The notes under the pieces: generated by a model | What the model saw: only the letters and a program-made list of their open reading frames with translations | What the model was told of the DNA's origin: nothing | Database searches by the model: none | In this document: positions 40,871 through 54,332 of the stretch, piece after piece | Numbering within the stretch: position 1 is the first letter of the stretch | Layout of the letters: the number at the start of each line of letters is the position of its first letter | Program-made: the position numbers and the translations under genes | Origin: Octopus vulgaris | Taxonomy: Eukaryota | Reading direction: 5' to 3' | DNA: 64,000 nt | NCBI GenBank assembly: GCA_951406725.2 | Contig: OX597818.1 | Span: 146,134,001 to 146,198,000, forward strand

Positions 40871-42548
40871 TATACTCAAGTAGATCAATGCTAGGTCAGC
40901 TATAATAATTGACTTAAACTGTTAATATATTGGATACCTAACAATTTTGACACCTTCGACAGCAGAGAGCTACATTTATTACACACGAAAAAAGAAAACA
41001 CAATGCACTTCACAAAAATTAAAAAAGAAACATGGTAAAGTGAGGGAGTTGCCGTGTATCTTGGATATTTTAAATTTGAAAGTACCCAACGCTCCCCAGA
41101 TCTAAACTGAAATGATGTTTTTCTTCAGAGAGAAAGCGCGAGACAGTGAGTGAGAGAGAGAGGGGGAAGGGAGGGGAGAAAGAGAGAAGAATCAGTTCGA
41201 GTACTTGACAGATATTTTATTTATCGACCTCGAAAAGATGAAAGGCAAAGTTGAGTTTGGTGAAATTTGAACTTAGAGCGAGGGCCGACAGAACTACACC
41301 AAAGCATTCCATCCGTGCCAGTCGACTTCAACAAAAAGTCTAACCTTCGCCTCATAACTACTCATCCTCTACAAATTTTAGGTGAGACCCTCAATGGAGT
41401 ACTTCTTGCAGTTCTGAAATGGGGCTGCTCTTATCACACACACATGTCCTCTTTAATTAAATTCACCACACGCAATTATGAGTCAAACTCAACCTTTGTG
41501 TGGTTTGAACTTAGAATGTAAATGAATGGAACAGCATCTTGAAAATAGCTGAATTCGTTGAGCCGTCAGTTTCTAATGTAGTGGTAGGGACCTCATTGTA
41601 AGATGACAGAATCACTTTGAAAGTCGGAACAGAACCGATTTCTTCCACAAAGAAAGAAAAAGATACAATGAAAGAAGTTGGCGTGGGTTGGCATTTTATT
41701 TATCGATCCTGAGAGCATAAAAAGGTAACATTGGTCGCGGCGGGTTTCGAACGGGTACCGCAAGGAATTCTGTCTGACGCTCCAGCGACTCCGTCAACTT
41801 GCTGCCTTGTCTTACAACCACCACTGGTCTTAATAATTATAATAACTAGAGGACTACATTCAAACAGAAATGTTCATATTGTATACGTGCATTCATACAG
41901 AGTCAAATTGTTAACAGAAAAATATTTAACTATTGGAAATATTAATAATAAAAGGGACACCAGAAAGATAACCCATCGAACATCAACAATGTTACTCTGC
42001 ACTCAAGCGGAATATCGAATAACATAGTATTCAACAAGCAAAGGATCCAATAGCAGAGTATTCAACAAGCAAAGTATCCAATAGCAGAGTATTCAAATTC
42101 AAGCGAAACTTTCATACGTCGTATTTTCTTTACTAATCAATAATTTATTTGATATGCAGTCTCCGTGATAAAATAATTATGAAGCTTTCGATAACGTTTT
42201 AATTGGGAAGATGTAATTAGAACGCAACACTCTTATGCCGATGTCATGGGAACTGATTACGTAATTTCTAATATGATTTTGCCTGTCTTCCTTCGTTTCT
42301 TTTCATTTCATCTTTCTTCCACCATCTTTCTTTCTCTCTAATTTCTTTCACTCTTCGCTCACCGTTTCTCACTCAACAAACATGCATGCGCGCGCTCTCT
42401 TACGCATACATCACACGCATACACAGGCGTGTGCATACTGATATGCATATACGCACACATATACAAACATCCATACATACATAGATATATGAATATGTAT
42501 GTATGTATATGTATGTATATACACTCACACAAATTCACATTCATGTCT

Positions 42549-42584
<36 letters not shown>

Positions 42585-43002
42585 AGCCATAGCTGTGTGT
42601 TTTAGACGTTCACTTTGAAATCATGCTATTCTGAGTTCAATCCCACTGCGGAGCGCCTTGGAAAAGTGAGATTTTATCAAATTGAGCAAAATATTCTGAG
42701 TGAATTTTTAATAATAATTAATAATAAAAATATGACATAACAACAAAAACATTAATAACCGACATGTTCCCAGCAATTTAACAACAGTCATGCAAAAGCG
42801 GTTATAAAAGCAAGTGGGGATATACGAAAAATATCTAAAATGCTAAAAGTTTAATACACAATGCAAGTGAAAGGAAACAACTGATAACTCCTATCAACTT
42901 CTTCGCTGGCTGTAATCCGGGTTTTCCGAAATCGAATTAGAACATATTTGTTCGAAACTCGAAATAATCTTAAATCCTTCGAGGTGAGCTTCAGTAGTTC
43001 TG

Positions 43003-43015
43003 TATTGTATATATT
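43003..43015 (+). repeat. Target-site duplication of the RTE (left copy; right copy 46987-46999)
   Basis: TATTGTATATATT is identical at both ends. Confidence 0.92.
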
Positions 43016-46000
43016 ATGTCAGGTCTCCGCTTGGAGCTACTGGTAACATGTAACCCAGTACAACCTGTTACATGGTCGGGTCGTTGGCGACTAAACTGGC
43101 AACCCCACCAAGATTTCTTGGTGAGGAGGGTGATTTGGACACCCAGCAGGACTAAAAACAAAACCTGTCAAAGGGCAGAGGAACTCTCTCATGAGTCAAT
43201 GGCCATCCAAAATCCGGAGTGGAGCCCCTAAGGCGGTTGGATTGCGCCATGCGTGCCACCTTCCGGCAGCTCCTGCATCTTGGTCTACCCCCAGTCGTCT
43301 TGACTTTGTCTTGCCACTGGATCCGGCGCACCAGGACGAGAGAGTGAGGCTGATCCTGCGCAAGTCACCCTCACTATAATCCAAGTCACGCGCATGTCAC
43401 GACATCATGACGCCATGACACCATCCCAAAGTCCTGTGGCGATGGGGAAACGGCGAAGTAGCAGGTGAGGATACACTGGGAGCTGCAGTCGTGAACCCAC
43501 ACACAGGCGGCTCAGGACATGTGGTCGCCCCTCACTGAACTGAGGCAGCAGTGGAGTCCGGCAGCCTCCTGAGTGACCGAGCAGCCCTCTTCAGGATCGC
43601 TCTGCTCGCCTCCCCAGCATGAGGACGGGGCTAGAAAAGGTTGCCCTAAACATAGCCTGCCTCACCTCACCCTGGTCAGCAAACCGCGGCTGGCGGGGAT
43701 CCTTTCCAAGCGGTCGAAACAAAGAAAGAAGAAAACAAACAAAGGTGCTCACTTTCGCAACTTGGAACGTGAGAACTCTGCTTGACAACACCAAAGCGGA
43801 CAGACCAGAGAGACGAACTGCCCTGGTGGCCAGAGAACTGAGCCGATACAGTGTCGATATTGCAGCACTGAGCGAGACCCGCCTTGCGGACAAAGGCCAG
43901 CTGACAGAGACAGGCGGCGGCTACACTTTCTTTTGGAGTGGTCGCAGCAGCGAAGAGCGTCGTGAGGCTGGTGTTGGTTTTGCCATTAAGTCAGTACACG
44001 TGCGGAAACTGGAAAGCCCCCCGAGGGTATCAACGATCGGCTGATGAAGATGCAGCTCCCACTTGGAAACAAGACTAGTGCGACCATCATCAGTGCTTAC
44101 GCCCCCACCATGACCAACCCTGAAGAAGTTAAGGACAGGTTCTATGAGGAACTCGACTCCCTCATCACGTCAGCCCAGCCTGGGAAGCTCATCCTCCTTG
44201 GGGATTTTAACGCCCGTGTCGGGACTGACCACCAAGCCTGGCATCGCGTACTGGGAAAGCAAGGAATCGGAAAGTGCAACAGCAACGGACAGCTCCTCCT
44301 GCGTGCGTGTGCCTCTCATGATCTTACCATCGCCAACACCTTGTTCCGTCTGCCAACACGCAACAAGACATCATGGATGCATCCACGCTCCAAACACTGG
44401 CATCTGATAGATTACGTCATCGTCAGGGCGAAAGACAGGCGGGACGTGAGACTGGTCAAAGCCATGTGCGGAGCTGACTGCTGGACGGACCATCGCCTCA
44501 TCATCTCCAGGATAGATTTCTACATCCGACCTAAGAGAAGACCACAGGGTCAGAAAGTGACGAGGAAGCTTAACATCACGAAATTAAGGAACCAGCTGAC
44601 TGCACAAGATCTCCAGTCACGTATGGACAGTAAGCTGTTGGACATTCGGAGTGACCAGTCCAGCATCGATGAGCAGTGGGAATCATTCAGGGACACGGTT
44701 CATTCCATCGCCCTTGAAACTCTGGGCCAAATTACGAGGAACCACCAGGACTGGTTCGACGAAAACGACCAGGAAATCCAAAAGCTCCTGGAAGAGAAAC
44801 GCCGTCTGCTGCGGGCTCACCAAAATGACACCACCTGCACGGCAAAGAAGGCCGCTTTCAACAACATTCGCAGCACAGTCCAGGCTAAACTCCGCCTCAT
44901 GCAAGACGCATGGTTAAGCGCCAAGGCGGATGAGATTCAGGGATACGCAGACAAACACGACACCAAGAAATTCTACGAGGCGCTGAAAGCTGTCTATGGA
45001 CCGCAGTTCTCCTTTGGATCAACCCCCCTGCTCAGCTCGGATGGAACCTCACTCCTGACTAACAAGAGGCTGATCCTGGAGAGATGGGCGGAGCACTTCA
45101 ACATCGTGCTCAACCGACCAGCCCAGATCAACGAGGAAGCCATCGCACGACTCCCCCAGGTGCCGACAAACCACGAGTTGGCTGTTCCCCCTGCAGTCGA
45201 GGAAGTGAGCAGAGCCATCAAAAAAATGTCCACCGGCAAAGCTCCAGGCTCTGACGCCATCCCTGCAGAGGTGTTCAAGTCGGGCGGCCCCACCATGATC
45301 AGTCAGCTCACCAGCCTGTTCCAGTCGATGTGGGACAGGGAACAACTCCCTCAAGATTTCCGGGATGCAACAATCGTCCACATTTATAAGCGGAAAGGAG
45401 ATCGGCAGTCCTGCGACAACCACCGAGGTATTTCCCTCTTGTCCATAGCAGGCAATATCCTGGCCCGGGTCCTGCTTGACCGCCTTCTGGAACACTTGGA
45501 GCAAGGCCTTCTCCCTGAGAGCCAGTGTGGCTTCCGTGCGGGTCGAGGGACCACTGACATGATATTCGCCGCCCGCCAGCTCCAGGAGAAATGCATGGAG
45601 CAGCACCTTGACCTCTGCATGACCTTTGTTGACCTCACCAAGGCCTTTGATACAGTCAGTCGGGAGGGACTGTGGAAGGTCATGGGAAAATTTGGTTGCC
45701 CCAGCAAATTTATTGCAATTGTCCGCCAGTTCCACGACGGAATGACAGCCAGAATCCTTGAGGACGGCGACTCATCTGAAGCCTTCCAGGTGACCAACGG
45801 AGTCAGGCAGGGCTGTGTCCTGGCCCCAACACTGTTCAGCATCATGTTCTCGGCAATGATGTCCGACGCCTTTAGGGACTGCAAGTCCGGTATCAACATC
45901 AAGTACAGGACAGACGGGAAACTTTTCAACTCCAGGAGATTGCAGGCTGTCACAAAGGTGAGGGAGACAGTCGTCAGAGACTTTCTCTTTGCTGACGACT

Positions 46001-46986
46001 GCGCCCTTAATGCAATCGATGAGCAGGAGATGCAGCTCGAGATGGACAGGTTCTCATCAGCCTGTGACAACTTCGGTCTCACCATCAGTGCAAAGAAAAC
46101 CGAAGTGATGTTTCAGCCAGCCCCCGGCAAACAATACCATGAGCCTCAGATAAGGGTGAACGGACGGATCCTACGAGTGGTGGAAAACTTCACCTACCTG
46201 GGCAGCACTCTCTCCTGCAATGCCAACATAGATGCTGAAACCATCAACAGAATCTCCAAGGCAAGCAGCGCGTTTGGGAGACTGCGAAAGAAAGTCTGGG
46301 AGCGGAGAGGAATCAGCCTCAACACCAAGCTGAAAGTCTACCGGGCAGTCGTGCTTACCACCCTACTATACGGCTGCGAGACGTGGACTGCTTACCGAAG
46401 GCACGAGCGCCAGATAAACCACTTCCATCTCAGGTGTCTTCGGAATCTCCTTCACATCCGCTGGCAGGACAAAGTCCCAGACACGGAAGTTCTGAAGCAG
46501 GCAGATCTCCCTAGCACCATCACAATCATGCGCAAGGCCCAGCTGAGATGGGCGGGCCACGTCTCCCGCATGTCCGACACTCGCATCCCAAAACAGCTCT
46601 TCTACGGTAAACTCGGCCAGGGCAGGCGCAAAGTCGGAGGGCAGAAAAAGCGCTACAAGGATAGTCTCAAGGTCTCTCTCAAAGACTTCTCCATCGGAAC
46701 AGAGACCTGGGAGACACTTGCTGCCAACCGCTCATCCTGGCGCAGCGCAATCACCGTGGGAGCAGGGACAGCCGAGGAGGGACGGATTCGGTCAGCGGAG
46801 CAGAAACGTCAGATGCGTAAAGTCAGAGCCGCCTGCACCAGTAGCACTGCCCCTATCCACTTCTGCCCCACCTGTGGGAGGGGCGTCCTTGCCCGGATTG
46901 GCCTCACCAGCCACCTCCGGTCTCATGGCGGCAGTTCCATCAGATGATGTCAGTTGGTCATCTTCGAACCGAAGGACGAACATTAT
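43016..46986 (+). mobile_element. Full-length RTE-clade LINE
   Basis: GC-rich 3.97-kb block with ~600-bp 5' UTR, single APE-RT ORF, short 3' UTR and 13-bp TSD. Confidence 0.97.
43619..46947 (+). CDS. RTE APE endonuclease-reverse transcriptase polyprotein (one frameshift at ~44017-44022)
   Basis: ATWNVRTL, ALSETR, LGDFNA, IDYV, TDH (APE); FVDLTKAFD, GVRQGCVLAP, LFADD, YLG (RT); C-terminal CPTC..H..SH zinc finger. Adding one C restores ESPPEGINDRLM. Confidence 0.93.
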
Positions 46987-48029
46987 TATTGTATATATTT
47001 GAGTTTCTTTTACATTTTGGAATTCTTTGTAGACATGTTTCCTCCTAGTGAGCACATCATTTCCTGTGTCTCTTATTTTCAAGTTTCGTCAGAAGTTTCA
47101 ATATACTCTAGTTTATCTTTTGTATTCCCGTAAAGTTGAAGAACTACGTTGGGGTACAAGTTCATTGACCAAGGACTTTCAGCTTTTGTATAGTCATTTT
47201 TTTCTTCGGCCCCTTTTTTCTTATTAGTTTCTCACCCTTCTGTGGTCCCCATTTCCCTCCCTATTGCCATGAACGATGTGCGACAGTTGTGCTGCTTAAG
47301 ATTCTGGGCGGCCCTGTTTTGCAAGAGTTGCTCCTTCATAATTTTCGTCGTCATTGACGCCTGATGCTTGCGACCCTGAGAACCTCTTTTCTGAGCTTGT
47401 TTCCACTCTGTTCACGTCCAGATCCGCGCCCAGTGGAGCTCGAGAAACTGAGTACCGGAATCATCTAAAATCTTTTTATCTGGGGCCTGCTATTGTTGCT
47501 CCTGTTGCAACTCTCCATCCCCCTTTATTCCTTCACTCTCCTTCGTTTCTAGATAGAAATCTCTCTTGCTGATTTTAATACCAAAAATGTAAAAACTGAA
47601 TCTTACGTTTTGCACCACTAGCTTCATAGATCCTTTTTATTTATTCTGCCGCTGGGATGTTTCTGGGATAGTGCTGTGGTTTTCTGGATAACCATATCGT
47701 TGCGGCGGATCACCTTTGCATTCACCAAGCATCTTTATTATTGCGCGAATGAGACAAATAGCGAGATAGTCGATACATGTGATGCTAATGTTCCTCAAAC
47801 TTAATGTAAAGTGGCATTATCCAGTATGAAAACATGCATGTCACTTGCTCAACCTGTCGTTTTACCTCGTTTTCTGTCTTAATAATCAGGTACACAGTCA
47901 ACTCCATGGAAAAAAGATCTCATCACATACTAGCGAGGGACTCCTCTATCACCTCTATCGAGAGATTCTGGAAACCCTTTCCGTTTGTATTTTGAAAAAA
48001 AACAGGCTTTATACTGTAGCACTTTCCAT

Positions 48030-48660
48030 CTCGATCCGTCTTTGGTAAATTGTAGGAAATAAAGCATATTGAGGTTGTTGTGGAGTGCTCGCAATACGTA
48101 AGTGGATGTAGCAAATTGACTCAAAAAGAATATAAAAAGAGGCATGACAATGTAAAAATTAAGTGCATTGGGGAGTATGTGAAAAGATTGGTCTTGAAAG
48201 GACATAGAAAATGTTATAAGCTTAAACCAGAAGGCATCACCGAGAATAATGAAAATAAGATCTTGTCGGATTTTACCACCCGGTGTGACTCAGTGATTAA
48301 TGCTCGGAGACCAGACACAGTTGTAGTTGACAAAAGGATGAAGGAAACCAAAATCAAAGATATTGCCATACCTGGAGATGTACGAGTGGATGAAAAAGAA
48401 CTAGAAGAGATTAAAAAGTACAAACCACTACAAGATGAGATTACACAAATGAAACCAATGAAGAAAGTAACTGTGATCCCAGTAGTTGTTGGGTCACTGG
48501 GAGCATTAACAACCGAATTTGAGAAATTTGTTGAAGAAATTGCAATTGAGATTGAGATAGAAGTGGAACATGTTCGGAAAACTGTTCTGTTGCGGATAGC
48601 GAAGATTTTAAGATTGGTATTTGGATATTAAGTATCGTGGAAAGAGATCCTGACAAATGA
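48030..48660 (+). mobile_element. R4/Dong-like RLE domain fragment
   Basis: SGCSKLTQKEYKKRHD, ARRPDTVVVD, DIAIP, KKYKPL, IPVVVGSLG. Confidence 0.88.
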
Positions 48661-48671
48661 AATGGAAATTA

Positions 48672-49204
48672 TGATGCAATACCAGGCAGTGGCTCCCATG
48701 GCTTCTGATCTTAACTGACTGGAAGTGTTATCATGTCCATTGTTTTGTCTTGGTATAAAAGATGGGCTACAGCAAATATTCTGCTCAATACCACAGATTT
48801 GCTTGTCAGTTGCTTGACTATTACCAGTGGTTGACGATATGTGCATCTCTGATCCCGAGCAGAAGTAGTGGGGGACCATCATAGCCATGTGCTGAGAGGA
48901 ATTCTTTGGGGTTTGGATTATTCACATTTGGAAGCATGGGTGTTTTGTTCAACATACTTAAACAACCCTTATTCAGGGACATCTTGAGCAGGAGGGGCTA
49001 CTCAACCTGAAGAAAATTCTAACTGGGCCCCACCTGCAAGGTCATGTGCTGTTTATCATGATATGAGATCACCATGTCGCACGCATATGGTTATGATGCA
49101 TGTGACTGGTGTACCCTTATCAGACGGGTAGTCATGATGGGTATACTGGGCTTTGTATATTTTACCCCAGTGTTACTTTGATGGCATGCACTGCTCTCTC
49201 ACTC
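48672..49204 (+). mobile_element. Non-coding interspersed repeat ending in (TAA)n, probably a Dong-type 3' UTR or non-autonomous element
   Basis: Higher-GC ~530-bp block ending ctc-(aat)n, with no ORF. Confidence 0.45.
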
Positions 49205-49295
<91 letters not shown>

Positions 49296-49298
<3 letters not shown>

Positions 49299-50288
49299 CA
49301 AACAAGAAATCATACCACCTAATAAACATGAAGAAGAAGAAGAAGATGAAGAAACAACAAAAGCTATAAAACAAATGAAATCCAAACTAAAAATAGAACA
49401 GCAACGAACCATGATAAAACGATGGCAAGAAAAGCCCCTTCATGGTAAATACTGCACTAAACTAAACGCAAAAGAAATAGACAAAGAAAAATCCCAGCAA
49501 TGGTTGAGAAGCTCAGGACTCAAAGCAGAAACAGAGGGATTTTTAATTGCAGCACAAGACCAAAGCCTCCCCACCAGAAATTACCAAAAACATGTAATGA
49601 AAAGAAATATTACAAGTAACTGCAGAATATGTGGAGATGGACAAGAAACAATAAATCATATTATCTCTAGCTGCCCAGTCCTGGCCAAGAAGGAATATAT
49701 TCACAGACATGACAAAGTTGGAACCTACATACATTGGAAGCTATGCCAACATTATGGAATAACAACAGAAAAAAGATGGTATAGGCACACACCAGAAAAG
49801 GTCACAGAAAACGAGAAAGCAACCATACTCTGGGATATGCCGATACACACAGATAGAGAAATTAAGGCCAACAGACCAGATATAGTTGTCAGAGACCATG
49901 AAGAAAAAAATGCTTTCTAATTGATGTATCAATACCGGCTGATGACAACGTGTCTCTAAAAGAAATGGAGAAACTCTCAAAATACAAAGACCTGGAAATA
50001 GAGGTAACTAGAATGTGGAATCTGAAAACAGAAACAATTCCTATCATAGTAGGTGCATTAGGCATGATAAAAAAATATTCAGACAAATACATAACAAAAA
50101 CACCAGAACTTACAAACACATATAGCATACAGAAAATTGCACTACTAGGCACTGCACACATCCTACGCAGAACACTTTCCATACAATAACCATCAGAGCA
50201 TCACAACAAATCACAGCACATACCCAAGGCACACAGAGCTGCGCTCGGTAGTGAAGTGAAAGCACGCTATAAAAATAAAACTACTGAA
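49296..50288 (+). mobile_element. Young 5'-truncated R4/Dong-like LINE (CCHC plus RLE) inserted in (TAA)n
   Basis: LHGKY, ETEGFLIAAQDQ, CRIC..HIISSC, RHD, NRPDIVV, LIDVSIP, EKLSKYKDL. Single A-run frameshift at ~49904-49910. (TAA)n on both flanks. Confidence 0.93.
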
Positions 50289-50309
50289 TAATAATAATAA
50301 TAATAATGC

Positions 50310-50354
<45 letters not shown>

Positions 50355-50355
<1 letters not shown>

Positions 50356-51345
50356 ATTCAGTGAATATCATGCACGAATAGCTGCACAACTCAATACCTT
50401 GTTAAAAGCCAACCAAGTAACACCATCAGGGTGGTTGACATAAGGTAAGACAGTCCTGTGCCTGAAAAACATCGAAAAAGGCAATACAAGTCGATATCCT
50501 GTTTGCCAATTATATGGAAGTTATTGACTGGAATACTCGCAGAGTCAACATCTGAAGAAAAAATGAAGTCCTGCCACACGAGCAGAAGGATTGCAAGCGT
50601 AAGTGCAGAGGTGCCAAGGATAACTCCTGATAGACAAAACTGTACTCAGAAACTGCAAGAGGAGGAAAAGTAACTTAGCCATGTCATGGATCGACTATCA
50701 TAAGACGTACGATATGATCCTACATCCTTGGATTAATGGACTGTATGAACTTATTTGGTATTGCATCGAATGTTGAGTGATTGCTTGGAAAAGGCATGGC
50801 GAACTGGAGGACGGACTTGACAGCATACGGAAGAAGTTTAGGGACAGTAGAAATCAGGAGAGGTGTCTTCCAAGGGGAGTACTTGTCTCCACTGATCTTT
50901 GTACAGTGCATGATACCACTAACATTGATTCTGAGGAACGCAAAGGCTGAGTATGTATTCAAAAGCCGCCAACAAAAAGTCAGTCACTTGTTATTCCTGA
51001 ATGACCTCAAAACTTTATGGTAAAGTTGAATCTCAAGTCAGTTCCCTCGTTGATACGGTGTATACTTTCAGTGCTGATATCAGAATGGAGTTCGGACTGA
51101 AAAAGTGTGGTGTGTACCAATGATTGTCAGAGCTCTGGGAACAGTGAATAAAAATCTCGAGAAGAACATGAAACAAATAGGAGCTGCAATAAGGGTGGAG
51201 CACTAGCAGAAAACAGCACTGCTTGGAACCGCTCGAATACTCCAGATGGTGTTCGAAAAATAAGGGGTGTTACCTTAGTTCAACTGGTAGTGCGCAGCTG
51301 GCACTGTAGTACATATCCAGTGCGAGAAGCTGTGCAAAGACAATA
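50355..51345 (+). mobile_element. R4/Dong-like LINE, internally deleted
   Basis: CLPIIWKLLTG, RGVFQGEYLSPLIF, HLLFLNDLK, then a jump to the C-terminal QKTALLGTARIL. Confidence 0.88.
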
Positions 51346-51350
51346 ACAAT

Positions 51351-51790
51351 AATTCTTTCTATTAAAGGCACAAGGCCTGAAATTTGGGGGGAGAGGACTA
51401 ATCGACCCCTAGTACTCAACTGTTACTTATTTTATCAATCTCGAAAGGATGAAAGGCAAAGTCGACTTCGGCAGAATGTGAACTCAGAACGTAGCGACGG
51501 TCGAAATGCTGCTAAGTATTTAGCCAGGCGTGCTAACGATTCTGCAAGCTCGACGCCTTAATAATAAGGATAATAATACTTTCTACTATAGGCACAAGGC
51601 CTGAAATTTGCGGGTGGGAGGCTAGTCGATTACATCGACCCTAGTGTTCCAGGGTTACTTATTTTATCGTCCCCGAAAGGATGAAAGGCAAAGTCGACCT
51701 GGGCAGGATTTGAACTCAGAACGAAGCGACGGGTGAAAGGCTGCTAAGCATTTTTCCCGGCGTGCTAACGAGTCTGCCAGCTCAGCACCT
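51351..51790 (-). mobile_element. Two tandem SINE family A copies (51351-51559, 51579-51790)
   Basis: Each has the full head, core and tail, separated by TAA repeats. Confidence 0.9.
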
Positions 51791-51816
51791 TAATAATAAT
51801 GATAATGATAATAACA

Positions 51817-51856
<40 letters not shown>

Positions 51857-51863
51857 GTATATG

Positions 51864-51935
51864 AATATGGAATGCTTCACGAATTTGTGTCATCCTTGGG
51901 CAACAGCCATGCTAATTTTTTCAGTGTTGTTCCAA
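51864..51935 (-). pseudogene. U6: U6 snRNA retrocopy, 5'-truncated and diverged
   Basis: Minus strand TTGGAACAACACTGAAAAAATTAGCATGGCTGTTGCCCAAGGATGACACAAATTCGTGAAGCATTCCATATT aligns to the U6 3' portion. Confidence 0.9.
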
Positions 51936-52136
51936 CAATAATGACATTTGTTTGTAATTCTGTCACAAACAAGACATTTTGAAATACGATACCATTATAT
52001 TACTAGTAGTCTTTGAATCGATGCATGAAAGACGAAAGGCAATGTCAATCTGATTTCAAACATCAAGTGACGTAATGAAATACGCAAGTTTTCAGTATAA
52101 TAGGCCATTATTTCAACTACTGCTACAAATATTGGG

Positions 52137-52346
52137 TTCACATTTTGGTACAAGGCCAGCAAGTTCGAGCGAGGTGGTACGTCGATTACATTGACTCCAG
52201 TGCTCAACTGGTACTTATTTTATCGACCCCAAAAGGATGAAAGGCAAAGTCGACCATGGCGGAATTTGATCTCAGAATGTAAGCGCGGACAGAATGCTAT
52301 TAAGCTTTTTACTTGGTGCGCTAACAATTCTGCCAGCTCGCTGCCC
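52137..52346 (-). mobile_element. SINE family A
   Basis: Core aactggtacttattttatcgacccc..aaggatgaaaggcaaagtcgacc. Confidence 0.88.
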
Positions 52347-52484
52347 TACTACTACTATTAATACTAATATTAATAATGGTGTTTTTATGTTCCATTAGTC
52401 GCAATGTCGACTCAGGAAAAAGACTAAAGTACTTTTGTGTTCATGTTATTGTCTGCGCTTGTATGTTTGTGTGTGTATGTGTGT

Positions 52485-52537
<53 letters not shown>

Positions 52538-54332
52538 AGAGAGCATAAAACTTTGCATTTGTCAATTGAGTAAGATGGAAGTTTGGAATGTCCATTCTTA
52601 TAGGAAGAGCATAACCGTCATAAATGAAAGAAATTTGCTTCAACGGGAATCAAAGTCCATTCGCAGAGTCTCTCGTTAGAACTTCTTGTTCTACAGAGAA
52701 TACACACACACACACACACACACACATACAAGCATGCACACACATCCATAAATATACACAAGCACACACACATGCACAAAAATACAGTAACATACACACG
52801 CACTCGCGCATACACACAACACACTCCCTCACATAGTATTGCATTTAATATTCTCATGTCAATCATATAATGGGTATTTCGATTATCTAATGACTCATAT
52901 TTCTGGCGAATAAATTATGCTAATTTTGTTTCTTGCACACATGTTCTCCCCAACAGAATATTTATATGTTACTCATGAATGTACAGATTAATTTATATTC
53001 CGATGCATATTTACCAATAATTGTCGAAGCGAAATTATTTAACACACCACTGGCCGTATGAATTAATTTTCCATAAAAATATATTTCTTACCTTGCTCGA
53101 AAATATTCTACGCATTCAGAGGATTTGTCTCGTTTTTACCATCGTTTAGCATCAGACCAGTTTGGATTCTTCAGTTTTATGGTCAGAGGAGTCCCAGATG
53201 TGCGAGTCTCTCTTTGGTTCATATGGTGCATATAGAATTGCGTTACTCCAGTTTTAAGACTAAAGGATGCGTTCTAAGATTTTGCTGCTATTTCTAGGAG
53301 GTTGAGCAGTTACGTTGCGGCTCCAACGTTGATTTTTCTGGTTTTTATCTGGAGTTTGTCAACCTATCGCCTTGGTATTCGTTCACAAATGGTAATTCAA
53401 GAGTGGAAGGCCTAGAGGGATAAACTTCGTTCGCTACGCTGATTTTATCATTTGCTTTCTGGTCAGGAAAAGCTGTGGAGACAACCCCTTGAATTTAAAT
53501 TAATTAAAGTTAAATTAAAAATAGAATAGATTCTCATGTCTAATTGTATGGTGACACCTCTCAACATGTTTTGGTATAATTAAAATTCATCGGCAAAGTG
53601 TTGTTTGACCGTTAATGCTAGATCTAAGAGATTGTGAGAGATATGGAGAGTTTTAGCAAATAGACATTGACTAACATAACGTACAAAAATGTTAAAAACT
53701 CATGAAACTGGAGTGTGTCCCGGTTTGCTTGGCATTGAAGCAACTAAAATTACATGATCCTCTATGAACGAGATGTCAATCCCTTTTAAGGGTTAACCCA
53801 AATGCTGCTAGACCTCATTCCGGCTGATAAAGACTGGAGTACCCTGAAATGAAGTGCATTGTTCAAAGACACAATGCGCTGCTCGGTTTGTGAGTCGAAT
53901 ATACGACTTTACGACCCAGAGGCCTACACTCTAAACACAGGGCAACATGTCTGACATTTGGCGGTGCACTGATAACTCTGGATGTGTTTCTTTCTTATTA
54001 AACCTCACTAACGAAATAGTGTCTACATGTTACTTTCCGATATCAGATGACAGAGGGATATATAAGTGGTTTTAGTGGATGAACAATGACAAGCGTGACA
54101 ACTTAAAAGCATTACTGATAGAAATATCCTGAGACCACTGCTGTATGAAAACAAATAGTAAAGTAGGCGGTAATGCTCTCAACATAATGAACTAAGAGAT
54201 TATAATTAATGAAATTCACACGAGAAATGATAAGGAAAATATCATTCTGATCGTATTTCGCTCTGCCAAACTGCATCCTCGGCACATTGCATAGTATTTA
54301 CCAGAATTGAAATACCGGGAAATTCTTTTTCT

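Noticed and set aside
42027-42096. 31-bp tandem duplication (also short duplications at ~24162, ~26038 and ~39581)
   Set aside because: Ordinary slippage or repair duplications.
44144-46560. Overlapping and antisense ORFs inside the RTE
   Set aside because: Shadow frames of a GC-rich coding sequence, with no recognisable motifs.
47000-47900. Coding-like sequence interrupted by the RTE (minus strand)
   Set aside because: Removing the RTE does not restore an open frame and no domain was recognised. Probably an older element.
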